Below, piece after piece: positions 19,936 through 28,264 of a stretch of DNA of 64,000 bases. The notes under the pieces are model-generated. The model saw nothing but the letters and a program-made list of their open reading frames with translations. It was not told where the DNA came from and made no database searches. Origin of the DNA: an uncultured Acidobacteriota bacterium (GTDB lineage Bacteria > Acidobacteriota > JAQAZP01); assembly GCA_963836075.1 (NCBI GenBank), contig CAWIIB010000001.1:1568001-1632000 (forward strand), written 5' to 3'. Numbering within the stretch: position 1 is the stretch's first letter; every line of letters begins with the position of its first letter. Position numbers and translations under genes: made by a program.

Positions 19936-20715
19936 ATGAAAGTATTCCCAAAAGAGTCGTTCTCTATCACTATCGCACTTCTTGGCGCCTGTTTCTGTCT
20001 GCTGCTTGCAGGATCAACTGCAATAGCAGAGGATCCTGCACCTGAAGAAACCGGCGCTGCGGAATCAGGAGCATTTTCCATCCCTGAAGGGCAGCAGACA
20101 TTCGAGCAGTTCGTTTCAAATCGTTCAGACGACGTTCGTATCGCCGCCGGTTTTCAAATCGCACAGCTGAGACTTGGCGAGGATTCGGCCTATGTGCCGA
20201 TCGTCGTGGCGATGCAGAGTTTCAAGCACAAGATGTGGAATGTGAAGATGAAGGATGTTATTTTTTCAACCGAAGATGGCACAGAGTTAAAACCCATCTC
20301 ATTGAAAGAAGTGCGGAAACAGTACAGCAAATACGCTGAAGACTACGTCTTCATCACCCGCACGACGACGTTGAAGCAACTCCTGCCCAGCGCTGATATA
20401 TCGGGTGCGATAATGAAGGAAAGAGCGGGTGCGGCGGACGAAACTCAAGCTGACGGACGTGTGGGCGGATTTGGTGGTGCCGACATCAGCCTGCCCGAAT
20501 CAGTCAGTGGCGGCTGGTATCGCCACACCCTCTTCTATCCCAGCCCCGGGCAGACTGCGGTCTATTCGGTCACTCTGGACTTCAAGCAGTTCTTTTATGA
20601 CATCTTCTACTTCAAAAAAGAAGATGTCGTAGGAAAACCGATTCGCATCACGGTACCGGCGAAGAAGAAACGGCCGGCGCAGGAGCTGATTTTCCTGATC
20701 AAGTCGGCCGACTGA
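19936..20715 (+). CDS. Hypothetical exported protein
   Basis: GGGAG upstream of ATG 19936. Signal peptide ending AIA-E. No recognisable family. Confidence 0.7.
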   Translation: MKVFPKESFSITIALLGACFCLLLAGSTAIAEDPAPEETGAAESGAFSIPEGQQTFEQFVSNRSDDVRIAAGFQIAQLRLGEDSAYVPIVVAMQSFKHKMWNVKMKDVIFSTEDGTELKPISLKEVRKQYSKYAEDYVFITRTTTLKQLLPSADISGAIMKERAGAADETQADGRVGGFGGADISLPESVSGGWYRHTLFYPSPGQTAVYSVTLDFKQFFYDIFYFKKEDVVGKPIRITVPAKKKRPAQELIFLIKSAD

Positions 20716-21031
20716 CGGCAGGCATGGCGATGGCAGACGGTCAAGGGCAGCGGCTACCCGTTGTCCTTGACCGATATCGTGATAACGACACCGGGCTCGT
20801 CCTGGCAATCATCAGCCACAGCCTGCCTTCCTTTTCCTGCACCGATATCTTCATTATTGTGGCGATAGATCCACTCGTTCCCTGAGAAGAGTTCCAACCT
20901 CAGATCGACAAGCCTGCTTACCGCCTGTTGCCTTTCCACAGATCCGGTGCTAGAGTTCGTTTCACTAGAGACAAGGCCTACTCTTTTTCCGTGAACCACT
21001 CAAATCACCTGCAGCCACAAGGAGAAAAGGC

Positions 21032-23617
21032 ATGGGAGACGCCATCCGCCCCGCCTGCACGATGAACTCACACCGGTCGCTCATTCGGGCGGCGGGGACG
21101 CTCTTGACCATGCTGGCCATCATGGCCGTCCTCACCGCGGCTCCAGCCCTGGCCGGTCCTGCCGCAACGGCGGCCGCTGACTATACCTCCCTCCTGGAGT
21201 GGCAGTTCAGTGAAACGACAACGCCCATGCCCGCGGGCGGTGTCACCTTCGCCAGGGACACGGCCAGGTGGACCCTGGAATCCGGCACATTTCGTCAGAT
21301 GCGTCCCACCTCGGACGGGGCGGTGACCGGCCTGATCTTCGAGGGCCGGGGCCGCTTCCAGATGACCATCCCCGACAAGCACGAGGCCGGGCAGCTCTTT
21401 CGCTACCCCGACTTTGAAAACACCGACACCATAGACTTGACCTTCTCCCGGATGGTGCTCCGCACACCCGAAGGCCTGGTGGCCGAGCTGGCCGGCGCCC
21501 CTCCCGCCGGCGGGTTCTCCTCCAGCTCGCTGGCCAAAGAGCGGCACGAGCGCTGGCTCCGCTACGCCCGCCTGGATGTGGACAGCCGGGTGATCACCGG
21601 CCTGCTCACCCCGGGGGACGAGTACCTGCTGGTGGACATGGAAGCCGACGGCCCGGGTTGGGTGATGTACCAGTTCGACGCCCTGATCTACGAGGAGGTC
21701 AGCTTCAGCCGGCTGCGGGACACCAACGACCACCAGGAATACCTGGTCAGCCTTGACCGGGCCGAGGACCGCCAGGCCGACGGCACACCGGGCACGGCGC
21801 GGCACGACCGGATCGATGTAACCCACGCCAATATCGTGGTCAGTCTTGATGAGCACGACGGCCGGACGGGCCAGGAGATCGCCCAGGGACTGTCCTCGGG
21901 TCGAGTCGCGCCCGTAACCTGGGTCAATTCGGAAATTCGGTTCAAACCCCTCAATGACGGGGCGAGGGCCGCCAGCTTTTACCTGCGTTCTTTTGCCCAG
22001 GTGTTTCAGGTCACCGACAGTGAGGGGAATGCGCTTCCTTTCATGCGCGACTACATCGGCGACCGGTTCAAAATGGTGCACTACAACGCCCACGACACCA
22101 GCCTGGTCGTCCTCTTCGATGAACCTCTGCAGAAGGACCAGGAATATTCAGTCTCCGTGCTCTCCGGTCGACAAACACTGAACCAGTTGAGTGGACCATC
22201 GTGGTACCCTCTCCCGTATGAGAAGATAAATGACCATCACACGGCAAAGATCACGGTCCTGCATCCCAAAAAACTGGAGCCGTTCGGTCCAGGCACGATC
22301 TCCGGCCCTGTGGAAAAAACCGATGACGATCCGAGACCGGCGGGAAGTGAACAGATGAAACTGGGCGGCAAGTACATGGTGACGACCTTCACCGTGGACG
22401 AGCCCACCCTGTCCGTGGCATGTACTTACGGCTGCAGTTTCAAGAAGGAGCCGGTGCAGGTGGAGGGCCTGCCGGAGATCGTCGCCTTCGGCAAGTCGGA
22501 CGGCGCCACCATCGGCAGCGTGCAGAAGAACAATGCCGCCGACGTGGCCAACAGCCTGAATTTCTACCAGAACTTCCTCGACTGCAAACTGGACACGGAC
22601 CTGCTGCGGGTTTCCCGAGCTGCCGGATTGAACGCGTCCCACGAAAACTTCCTCATTTTCGGCACCTACACCTATACCTACGAAAGCCCGGGGCTCTCCT
22701 CGCTGCTCCGCGGCACCGAAACGGCCTACCAGCTCTGGGGCCACTCGGTGAACTGGAGCAGTTACCGCGACCAGTGGCTGGCCACGGCACTGCCTGAATA
22801 CATGGCAATGCTCTTTCTCGAGTCCACCCAGCCCGAGGAGGGCTTCTTCGACGAGATCCTCGAGGTCTACGGCAACGAACAGATCAGCTCCCAGGCGTCA
22901 GCGATGAGCCGTTTCGCCACCGGCCTCAACGCCCCGACCAGTGTCAGCACGTCGCTGTTCTTCAGTTCAGGAATCAACAGCGGTGTGCGGGAATATGAGT
23001 TCTCGCTGCTCCCCAACTACCTCGATTACAGCCGCTGGGGCACCCAGACGCTGGAAAAGATCGGGCCGATCAGCGTCGGTTTTCGCTCCAGCCCGGCCGA
23101 AGTCCCCCTGGCCCACACGGTGTTCAATCATCGCCGCGGCGTGCTGGTGCTGCACATGCTCCGCTCCCTGCTGAAGAACAGCCCGGCGGGCAAGGAACGT
23201 GATTTCTTCCGGGAGATCCTCAGCACCTTCTACAAGGATTCAGTGGGCCAGGAAGTGAGCACCGTGGATTTCATCAATACCGTGGAGAAGGTGACCCAGG
23301 CCGACTGGGACTGGTTCTTCGAACAGTGGATTTACGGGACGGGCCTGCCCACAATCAGCTGGGGCTGCAATGCCGGTGGGAAGGACGCTAACGGCAAATA
23401 CCCGCTCCAGGTAAACATCACCAAGACCAACGTGCCGGCTGACTTCAAGGTCTTTGTCCCGCTTAAGCTCGATTTCGGCGGTGACCGGTGGACTGAAATT
23501 CTTTTACCGGTCACCAAAGCCACCATGGCTCAGCAGATCCCCCTGCCGGCGGAGCCGAAAAAGGTGGAGCTCAACCCACGGATGTCCTGTCTGGCCAAGA
23601 TAGAAAGTTCCAAGTAA
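21032..23617 (+). CDS. Secreted M1 aminopeptidase homolog lacking zinc ligands (pseudo-peptidase)
   Basis: Signal peptide. M1 context QLWGHSVNWSSYRDQWL, RGVLVLHMLR and DWFFEQWIYGTGLP, but HExxH-x18-E reads TETAY-x18-T. Confidence 0.8.
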   Translation: MGDAIRPACTMNSHRSLIRAAGTLLTMLAIMAVLTAAPALAGPAATAAADYTSLLEWQFSETTTPMPAGGVTFARDTARWTLESGTFRQMRPTSDGAVTGLIFEGRGRFQMTIPDKHEAGQLFRYPDFENTDTIDLTFSRMVLRTPEGLVAELAGAPPAGGFSSSSLAKERHERWLRYARLDVDSRVITGLLTPGDEYLLVDMEADGPGWVMYQFDALIYEEVSFSRLRDTNDHQEYLVSLDRAEDRQADGTPGTARHDRIDVTHANIVVSLDEHDGRTGQEIAQGLSSGRVAPVTWVNSEIRFKPLNDGARAASFYLRSFAQVFQVTDSEGNALPFMRDYIGDRFKMVHYNAHDTSLVVLFDEPLQKDQEYSVSVLSGRQTLNQLSGPSWYPLPYEKINDHHTAKITVLHPKKLEPFGPGTISGPVEKTDDDPRPAGSEQMKLGGKYMVTTFTVDEPTLSVACTYGCSFKKEPVQVEGLPEIVAFGKSDGATIGSVQKNNAADVANSLNFYQNFLDCKLDTDLLRVSRAAGLNASHENFLIFGTYTYTYESPGLSSLLRGTETAYQLWGHSVNWSSYRDQWLATALPEYMAMLFLESTQPEEGFFDEILEVYGNEQISSQASAMSRFATGLNAPTSVSTSLFFSSGINSGVREYEFSLLPNYLDYSRWGTQTLEKIGPISVGFRSSPAEVPLAHTVFNHRRGVLVLHMLRSLLKNSPAGKERDFFREILSTFYKDSVGQEVSTVDFINTVEKVTQADWDWFFEQWIYGTGLPTISWGCNAGGKDANGKYPLQVNITKTNVPADFKVFVPLKLDFGGDRWTEILLPVTKATMAQQIPLPAEPKKVELNPRMSCLAKIESSK

Positions 23618-23676
23618 CCGGCTATATTTCAACGAGTTCCACGGGGGGCGGCACGGCATTGCCGGCCGTCCCCCGG

Positions 23677-23705
23677 TTGACAGTGGCCGGTGGGACACCT
23701 ATATT
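23677..23705 (+). promoter_or_regulatory. Sigma70-type promoter
   Basis: TTGACA-N17-TATATT upstream of the DUF362 gene. Confidence 0.7.
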
Positions 23706-23773
23706 GAATTCGAGATAGCCATTATTGTGTTAATTGTGCGCCTTGCCGCTTAGAGCCGAAGGAGAGGTTTGCC

Positions 23774-24898
23774 ATGTCCAAAGATCGTGACCCGAAAGCG
23801 TCAGGCGTCAATCGACGCACCTTCCTCAAGACCGGTGCCGCCGCGGCGGCCGGCGTTGCCGCGGTAACGGGCAAGGCAAAAGCGGACGACCGGGGCGGGT
23901 TCGGCGCCCGCTTCTCCAGGGTGGTCCGGGTCTATGACCCGCAGGTGACCGACTGGGATTACAGCTCCAACTACTACTGGGACTACATCGACCAGGACCG
24001 GCTGAACCACATGGTGGACGAGGGGATCAAGGAACTGGCCCACGTCTTCCCGGGGTACAACCACCTCAAGCGCGCCTGGATGCGGATCATGAACCCCTAC
24101 CAGGCGGGTGACAAGATCGCGGTCAAGATCAACCTCAACAACTATGCCGGGATGTCCAACGAGATGGACGCTATTGGCCCGCCCATCGCCGCACTCTGCC
24201 GCGGCCTGGTGGACGTGCTGGGTGTGCCGGCCGGTGACATCTACGTCTACGACTGCTCCCGGCCCATCGACCAGGCCCGGGTGCGGACCTACGTCCCCTA
24301 CGCGGTGAACTGGGTCGAGTCGGGCGACACCCTGGCCCAGGCCGACTACGACGCGCCGGTCACCTACCGCGGCATCTCCACCCAGTACATGCCAAAGGTC
24401 GTGACCCAGGCCCAGCACCTGATCAACATGCCGCTGTTCAAGGACCACATGTTCTGCCTCTCCACCATGGCCTTTAAAAATCACCTGGGCACCACCAAGC
24501 CCGGACCGTCGAGCCTGCACTCGCCGATCCACACCAACCTCTCCGACCTCAACGCCACCCCGCACATCAGGGACAAGACCCGCCTGCTTTTTGGCGACGC
24601 GCTCTTCGGCCTCTATAACGGTGGCCCCTACGGCGAGCCGATGCAGTGGTCCACTTTCCCCGGCGGCCCCACTCCGAACAGCATCTTCCTCTCCAAGGAC
24701 CCGGTGGCCCACGAGTCGGTGATGATCGACTACCTGATCGCCGAACAGGAGCACCACGGGATCAGCGTCATCTCCCACGAGTTCCTGCACGACGCCTCCC
24801 AGTATCACGAACTGGGTGTCCACGAGCACCGCGGGCCGGGGGGGAAATACAACCGCATTCTCTACCGCCAGATCAATGCCGGCGACACGTTCCAGTAA
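23774..24898 (+). CDS. Tat-exported DUF362 domain protein
   Basis: Twin-arginine NRRTFLK. Motifs GDKIAVKIN, LINMPLFKDH, TMAFKNHLG and SKDPVA. Confidence 0.82.
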   Translation: MSKDRDPKASGVNRRTFLKTGAAAAAGVAAVTGKAKADDRGGFGARFSRVVRVYDPQVTDWDYSSNYYWDYIDQDRLNHMVDEGIKELAHVFPGYNHLKRAWMRIMNPYQAGDKIAVKINLNNYAGMSNEMDAIGPPIAALCRGLVDVLGVPAGDIYVYDCSRPIDQARVRTYVPYAVNWVESGDTLAQADYDAPVTYRGISTQYMPKVVTQAQHLINMPLFKDHMFCLSTMAFKNHLGTTKPGPSSLHSPIHTNLSDLNATPHIRDKTRLLFGDALFGLYNGGPYGEPMQWSTFPGGPTPNSIFLSKDPVAHESVMIDYLIAEQEHHGISVISHEFLHDASQYHELGVHEHRGPGGKYNRILYRQINAGDTFQ

Positions 24899-24919
24899 CC
24901 GACCCGGGAAGACAACACC

Positions 24920-24954
24920 ATGCCCGGCGCCCCGCGCGCCGGGCATTTCTTTTT
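24920..24954 (+). terminator. Rho-independent terminator
   Basis: ATGCCCGGCGC-cccgc-GCGCCGGGCAT followed by TTCTTTTT. Confidence 0.8.
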
Positions 24955-25009
24955 ACGCTACGATTGCTCAGACACGTTTAGCGGACCCACGAGCCGGAGG
25001 AACCACCTG

Positions 25010-28000
25010 TTGACCGGGAAACCAGCTGCCGCTGACGCGGCGCCATTCCAGTATCCCGCAACGCTTGCTGTCCTGGTCACCCTGGCCCTGCTCTTCTGTG
25101 CACCCGCCCCGGTGCCCGCCGGGTACTTCTTCGATGCGGCCGCCGCCTTTGGCGCCGGTTACCGGCCGGTCTACCTCTTGGCCGGAGACCTCGACCTGGA
25201 CGGTATCACCGATTTGGTGGTGAACAACTACTACGGCAACAGCGTCTGTGTGCTTCCGGGCCGCGGGGACGGCACTTTCCAGTCTGCGATCTTCACCGGT
25301 GTGGGCGGCAACTGTTTCGGCGGCGCCATCGGTGACCTGGACGAGGACGGCATTCCCGACATGGTGGTCAACCATGACGACTACTGGGGGATCACCATCC
25401 TGCTGGGCAACGGGGACGGTTCGTTCACCAGCGGTGAGGTGTACGAACCCCAGGGGGTCAACCCGGCCAACATGGTCCTCGGCGACCTCGACGGCGACGG
25501 GCACCTCGACCTGGCGGTGGCCAACATCTTCAGCGACGACATCTCCATCCACCTCGGGCCGGGGGACGGCACACTGGAGTTCGCCGGCAATGTCGCCACC
25601 GGCGATTTCCCCATCGGGATCCTGCTGGCCCACCTGGACGGCGACGATCTCCCGGACCTGCTCACGGCGAACATGCACGACAACACGGTATCGGTATTGC
25701 TCAATGCCGGGTCCGGCTCCTTTGCCCCGCAGGTGGTCTACGATGCCGGGATCTACCCCTACTCCATCGCCCTCGGCGATCTGAACGGGGACGGCCATCC
25801 GGACCTGGCGGTGGGCCACGACCAGGGCGATACCGTGGTCATTCTCGACGGCAACGGCGACGGCACGTTTGGCGGCCCACGGGAATTCCCCGCCGGAGCC
25901 TACCCCAACGACGTGGCCCTGGGCGACCTGGACGGGGACGGTCTGCTGGACCTGGCCACCACCAGCCGGGGTGCTGTGCCGGGCAGCGGAAACGGGGTCA
26001 CCGTTCTGCGGGCCACCGGTGACGGTTCGTTCAGCGAACCGCTGGCCCCGGCCGCCGCCGGCCAGGCGGAGCTGGTCCTGCTGGCCGACCTGAACCGTGA
26101 CGGCCTGCTGGACGCCGCCGTGCTCAACGACCTGCAGCGGCGGGTCTGCGTCCTCCTGGGACGGGGGGACGGGACCTTCCGCAGTGCCCCGGACTACGAG
26201 GCCGGGGACGAGCCGCTGGACACGGCCCAGGGCGACCTCGACGGTGACGGGCTGGTGGACCTGGCGGTTGCCGGCGGCGGGGGGAGCGAGGTGAGCCTTC
26301 TCCGCGGCCGGGGCGACGGGACTTTTGACCAGCCGGACGGTGTGGCCGCCGGTCCCGCTCCCGACCTGGTACGGCTGGCCGATCTCGAGCGGGACGGCGA
26401 TCTCGACCTGGTGGTGCGCAGCAGTGCGGGCCAGGGCCTGACCACCTTGACCAATGACGGGGCCGGCGGCTTCACCGGTCTCACCACACACGATTTCGGT
26501 TTCCGCCCGAATACCGTCGCAGCCCGGGACGTTGATGGCGACCGCTATCCCGACCTGGTGCTGACCAACGGGGGCTCCGCCATGGTGGCGGTGGCGATCA
26601 ACGACGGGGACGGCTCCTTTGCCGGCCCCCTGTTCTATCCGGGTTCCGGCCAGCCGTCGACCTCTGTGGTGGCCGACCTGGACGGCGACGGTGACCCCGA
26701 CATCGCCGTGGACGACCGGGCGGGCCTGGTTCACATCCTGATCAACGACGGGACCGGCGCCTTCACCCCGGGCACGGCGGCCACCGCCCCGCTGGCCCGG
26801 GGCCTGGCCGCGGGGAACCTGGACGGCGACCCGTTCCCCGACCTGGCCGTGGGCCGCAACCAGTCCGACCGGATCAGCATCCTGCTGAACAACGGTGACG
26901 GGACCTTCCGCCCGGCGGGAGAGGTCCTGGCCGGCAGCGAGATGACCGGCATGCTCGCCCGTGACCTGGACGCCGACGGGTTCACCGATCTGCTGGCCGC
27001 CTCGGCCGGAACGGAGGCCGTGGCCATCCTGCCGGGCAAGGGCGACGGCACCTTTGGTGAAACTCTGCACATCCCGCTCAAGGGCGCGCCCTCCGGGTTG
27101 ACCGTTGGTGACCTCAACGGTGACCGCGCCCCGGACGCGGTGCTGGCCATGTCCGGGCATGACACGGTGACCGTATTGCTGAACAGCACTCCGCTGTCGT
27201 CGCTGATCGCGGCCGCGCCCGGCCCGGGCCACAGTAATCCCCCGCTGATCCGTCTGTTCAGACCGGGATTTCCCGGGGAACCCCTGGTGGAGATCGCCCC
27301 TTACGGCGCCGCGGGGTTCGGGGCTTCCATGGCCCTCGGCGACCTCGATGCCGACGGATCGGCGGAACTGGTCACCGGGCCGGGGCCGGGCCCGTTGTAC
27401 GGGCCTCACGTCCGCGGGTTCCGCCTGGACGGCAGCCCCATCCCGGGAATCTCCTTCCTGGCCTACGGGACCAGCAAGTGGGGCGTCAACGTGGCCTGCG
27501 GCGACACGGACGGTGACACCTTCGACGAAATCATCACCGGGGCCGGTCCGGGAGCGGTGTTCGGCCCCCATGTGCGCGGGTGGAACTGGGACGGATCGGG
27601 CGTTGCCGCGGCGATCCCCGCACTCTCCTTCCTCGCCTACGGCACACCGAAATGGGGCGTCAACGTGGCCTGCGGCGACGTGGACGGCGACGCCATTGAT
27701 GAAATCATCACCGGGGCCGGACCGGGGGCCGTGTACGGCCCGCACGTCCGCGGCTGGAACGTGGACGGGGCCGGACCGGCCTCAGCCATTACGGGGCTCT
27801 CCTTCCTGGCCTACGGGACCCACAAGTGGGGGGTCAACGTGGCCTGTGGCGACATCGACGGGGACGGTATGGACGAGATCGTCACCGGAGCCGGCCCTGG
27901 TGCGGTGTTCGCCGCGCATGTCCGCGGCTGGAACCTTGACGGAGCCACCGGCGTGAGCGCCATACCGGGCATGAACTTTCTGGCCTACTCCGGACTGGCC

Positions 28001-28264
28001 TGGGGGGTCAACGTCGCCTGCGGTGATCTTGATGGCGACGGCACCGCGGAGATTTTCACCGGTCCCGGGCCGGGGGTGGATCATCCCCCCCTGGTGGCGG
28101 GTTGGACATACGACGGGGTGTCGGTGAACGGAGCGGGCGCCCTAATGTTTCTGGCCTTCGATCCCGCCGGCTTCACCCACGGGGTGCGGGTCAGTTCGAT
28201 GCCCGGTAGGGGTGCGAGCCGTGAACCGGTCAGCTGCTGCGATCCTGGACGAGATCTTCGATGA
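25010..28264 (+). CDS. Secreted FG-GAP/VCBS repeat protein (14 DxDGDG repeats) with C-terminal module B
   Basis: GGAGG at 24996-25000 then TTG 25010. Hydrophobic signal region, 14 canonical GDLDGDGxxDL repeats, then six GPGP repeats. Confidence 0.88.
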   Translation: MTGKPAAADAAPFQYPATLAVLVTLALLFCAPAPVPAGYFFDAAAAFGAGYRPVYLLAGDLDLDGITDLVVNNYYGNSVCVLPGRGDGTFQSAIFTGVGGNCFGGAIGDLDEDGIPDMVVNHDDYWGITILLGNGDGSFTSGEVYEPQGVNPANMVLGDLDGDGHLDLAVANIFSDDISIHLGPGDGTLEFAGNVATGDFPIGILLAHLDGDDLPDLLTANMHDNTVSVLLNAGSGSFAPQVVYDAGIYPYSIALGDLNGDGHPDLAVGHDQGDTVVILDGNGDGTFGGPREFPAGAYPNDVALGDLDGDGLLDLATTSRGAVPGSGNGVTVLRATGDGSFSEPLAPAAAGQAELVLLADLNRDGLLDAAVLNDLQRRVCVLLGRGDGTFRSAPDYEAGDEPLDTAQGDLDGDGLVDLAVAGGGGSEVSLLRGRGDGTFDQPDGVAAGPAPDLVRLADLERDGDLDLVVRSSAGQGLTTLTNDGAGGFTGLTTHDFGFRPNTVAARDVDGDRYPDLVLTNGGSAMVAVAINDGDGSFAGPLFYPGSGQPSTSVVADLDGDGDPDIAVDDRAGLVHILINDGTGAFTPGTAATAPLARGLAAGNLDGDPFPDLAVGRNQSDRISILLNNGDGTFRPAGEVLAGSEMTGMLARDLDADGFTDLLAASAGTEAVAILPGKGDGTFGETLHIPLKGAPSGLTVGDLNGDRAPDAVLAMSGHDTVTVLLNSTPLSSLIAAAPGPGHSNPPLIRLFRPGFPGEPLVEIAPYGAAGFGASMALGDLDADGSAELVTGPGPGPLYGPHVRGFRLDGSPIPGISFLAYGTSKWGVNVACGDTDGDTFDEIITGAGPGAVFGPHVRGWNWDGSGVAAAIPALSFLAYGTPKWGVNVACGDVDGDAIDEIITGAGPGAVYGPHVRGWNVDGAGPASAITGLSFLAYGTHKWGVNVACGDIDGDGMDEIVTGAGPGAVFAAHVRGWNLDGATGVSAIPGMNFLAYSGLAWGVNVACGDLDGDGTAEIFTGPGPGVDHPPLVAGWTYDGVSVNGAGALMFLAFDPAGFTHGVRVSSMPGRGASREPVSCCDPGRDLR
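27196..28200 (+). repeat. C-terminal module B, copy 2
   Basis: Six repeats, from PGPGHSNPPLIRLF to GPGPGVDHPPLVAGW. Confidence 0.88.

Noticed and set aside
20754-20999. 81-aa minus-strand ORF, and the 78-aa ORF at 62647-62883
   Set aside because: No SD or motif. They lie in intergenic or promoter regions of opposite-strand genes.
23643-23674. GC-rich inverted repeat after the M1 homolog as a terminator
   Set aside because: Imperfect stem with no U-tract, so not enough support to call.
24968-27745. 925-aa antisense ORF, and similar long antisense ORFs at 14964-16745, 35335-37548 and 59314-61719
   Set aside because: Shadow frames opposite well-supported genes. High-GC codon bias removes antisense stops, and they have no motifs of their own.
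27300-28100. Regularly spaced DNA repeats as a CRISPR array
   Set aside because: They are in-frame protein repeats of ~170 nt with synonymous variation, and there are no cas genes or unique spacers.
28230-28264. Convergent 3' overlap of the FG-GAP gene and the kinase gene (also mtgA/RND at 53225-53236)
   Set aside because: Short convergent overlaps are common in GC-rich genomes.
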